Origin: Pelagomonas calceolata
Lineage: Eukaryota
Length of the DNA: 64,000 nucleotides
Reading direction: 5' to 3'
Assembly: GCA_918797485.1 (NCBI GenBank)
Contig: CAKKNE010000001.1
Coordinates: 4,712,001 to 4,776,000, forward strand
Shown: positions 64,000 to 64,000 of the stretch, one piece after another
Position numbering within the stretch: the stretch's first letter is position 1
Layout of the letters: every line of letters begins with the position of its first letter
The notes under the pieces: generated by a model
The model's database searches: none
Seen by the model: only the letters and a program-made list of their open reading frames with translations
What the model was told of the DNA's origin: nothing
Position numbers and translations under genes: made by a program

Positions 64000-64000
64000 A

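Noticed and set aside
1..64000. tRNA, rRNA or prokaryotic operon/defence island
   Set aside because: None recognised by eye; gene content and introns are eukaryotic. tRNAscan/Infernal were not run.

Overview
GC-rich, gene-dense eukaryotic nuclear DNA, most likely from a pelagophyte alga (Pelagomonas/Aureococcus-like). The taxonomy is inferred from a fucoxanthin-chlorophyll LHC with a bipartite targeting peptide, an APS kinase-ATP sulfurylase-pyrophosphatase fusion, and short GT/GC-AG introns. About 38 protein genes or fragments are supported; no rRNA, tRNA or CRISPR was seen. Main observations: (1) An introner-type, intron-generating MITE family. Copies at 8415-8481 and 16660-16846 have 14-bp TIRs and 8-bp TSDs and lie in opposite orientations, yet each can be spliced from a + strand gene. 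Several other introns and UTR segments share a (C)ACGCCATCG[A/C]CGCG core. (2) A 1380-aa SAM-like/EF-hand/pseudokinase/RelA-SpoT-like/ankyrin gene bracketed by a 161-bp inverted repeat derived from the 3' end of the neighbouring CobW gene. (3) A ~23-bp CTAG-bounded motif recurring in upstream intergenic regions. (4) Unusual domain fusions: MBD-like plus degenerate 2OG oxygenase, UBL plus GH16, DnaJ plus a lipoyl-less H-protein domain, and a membrane-anchored PAPS synthase. All family calls come from motif recognition by eye, not database searches.
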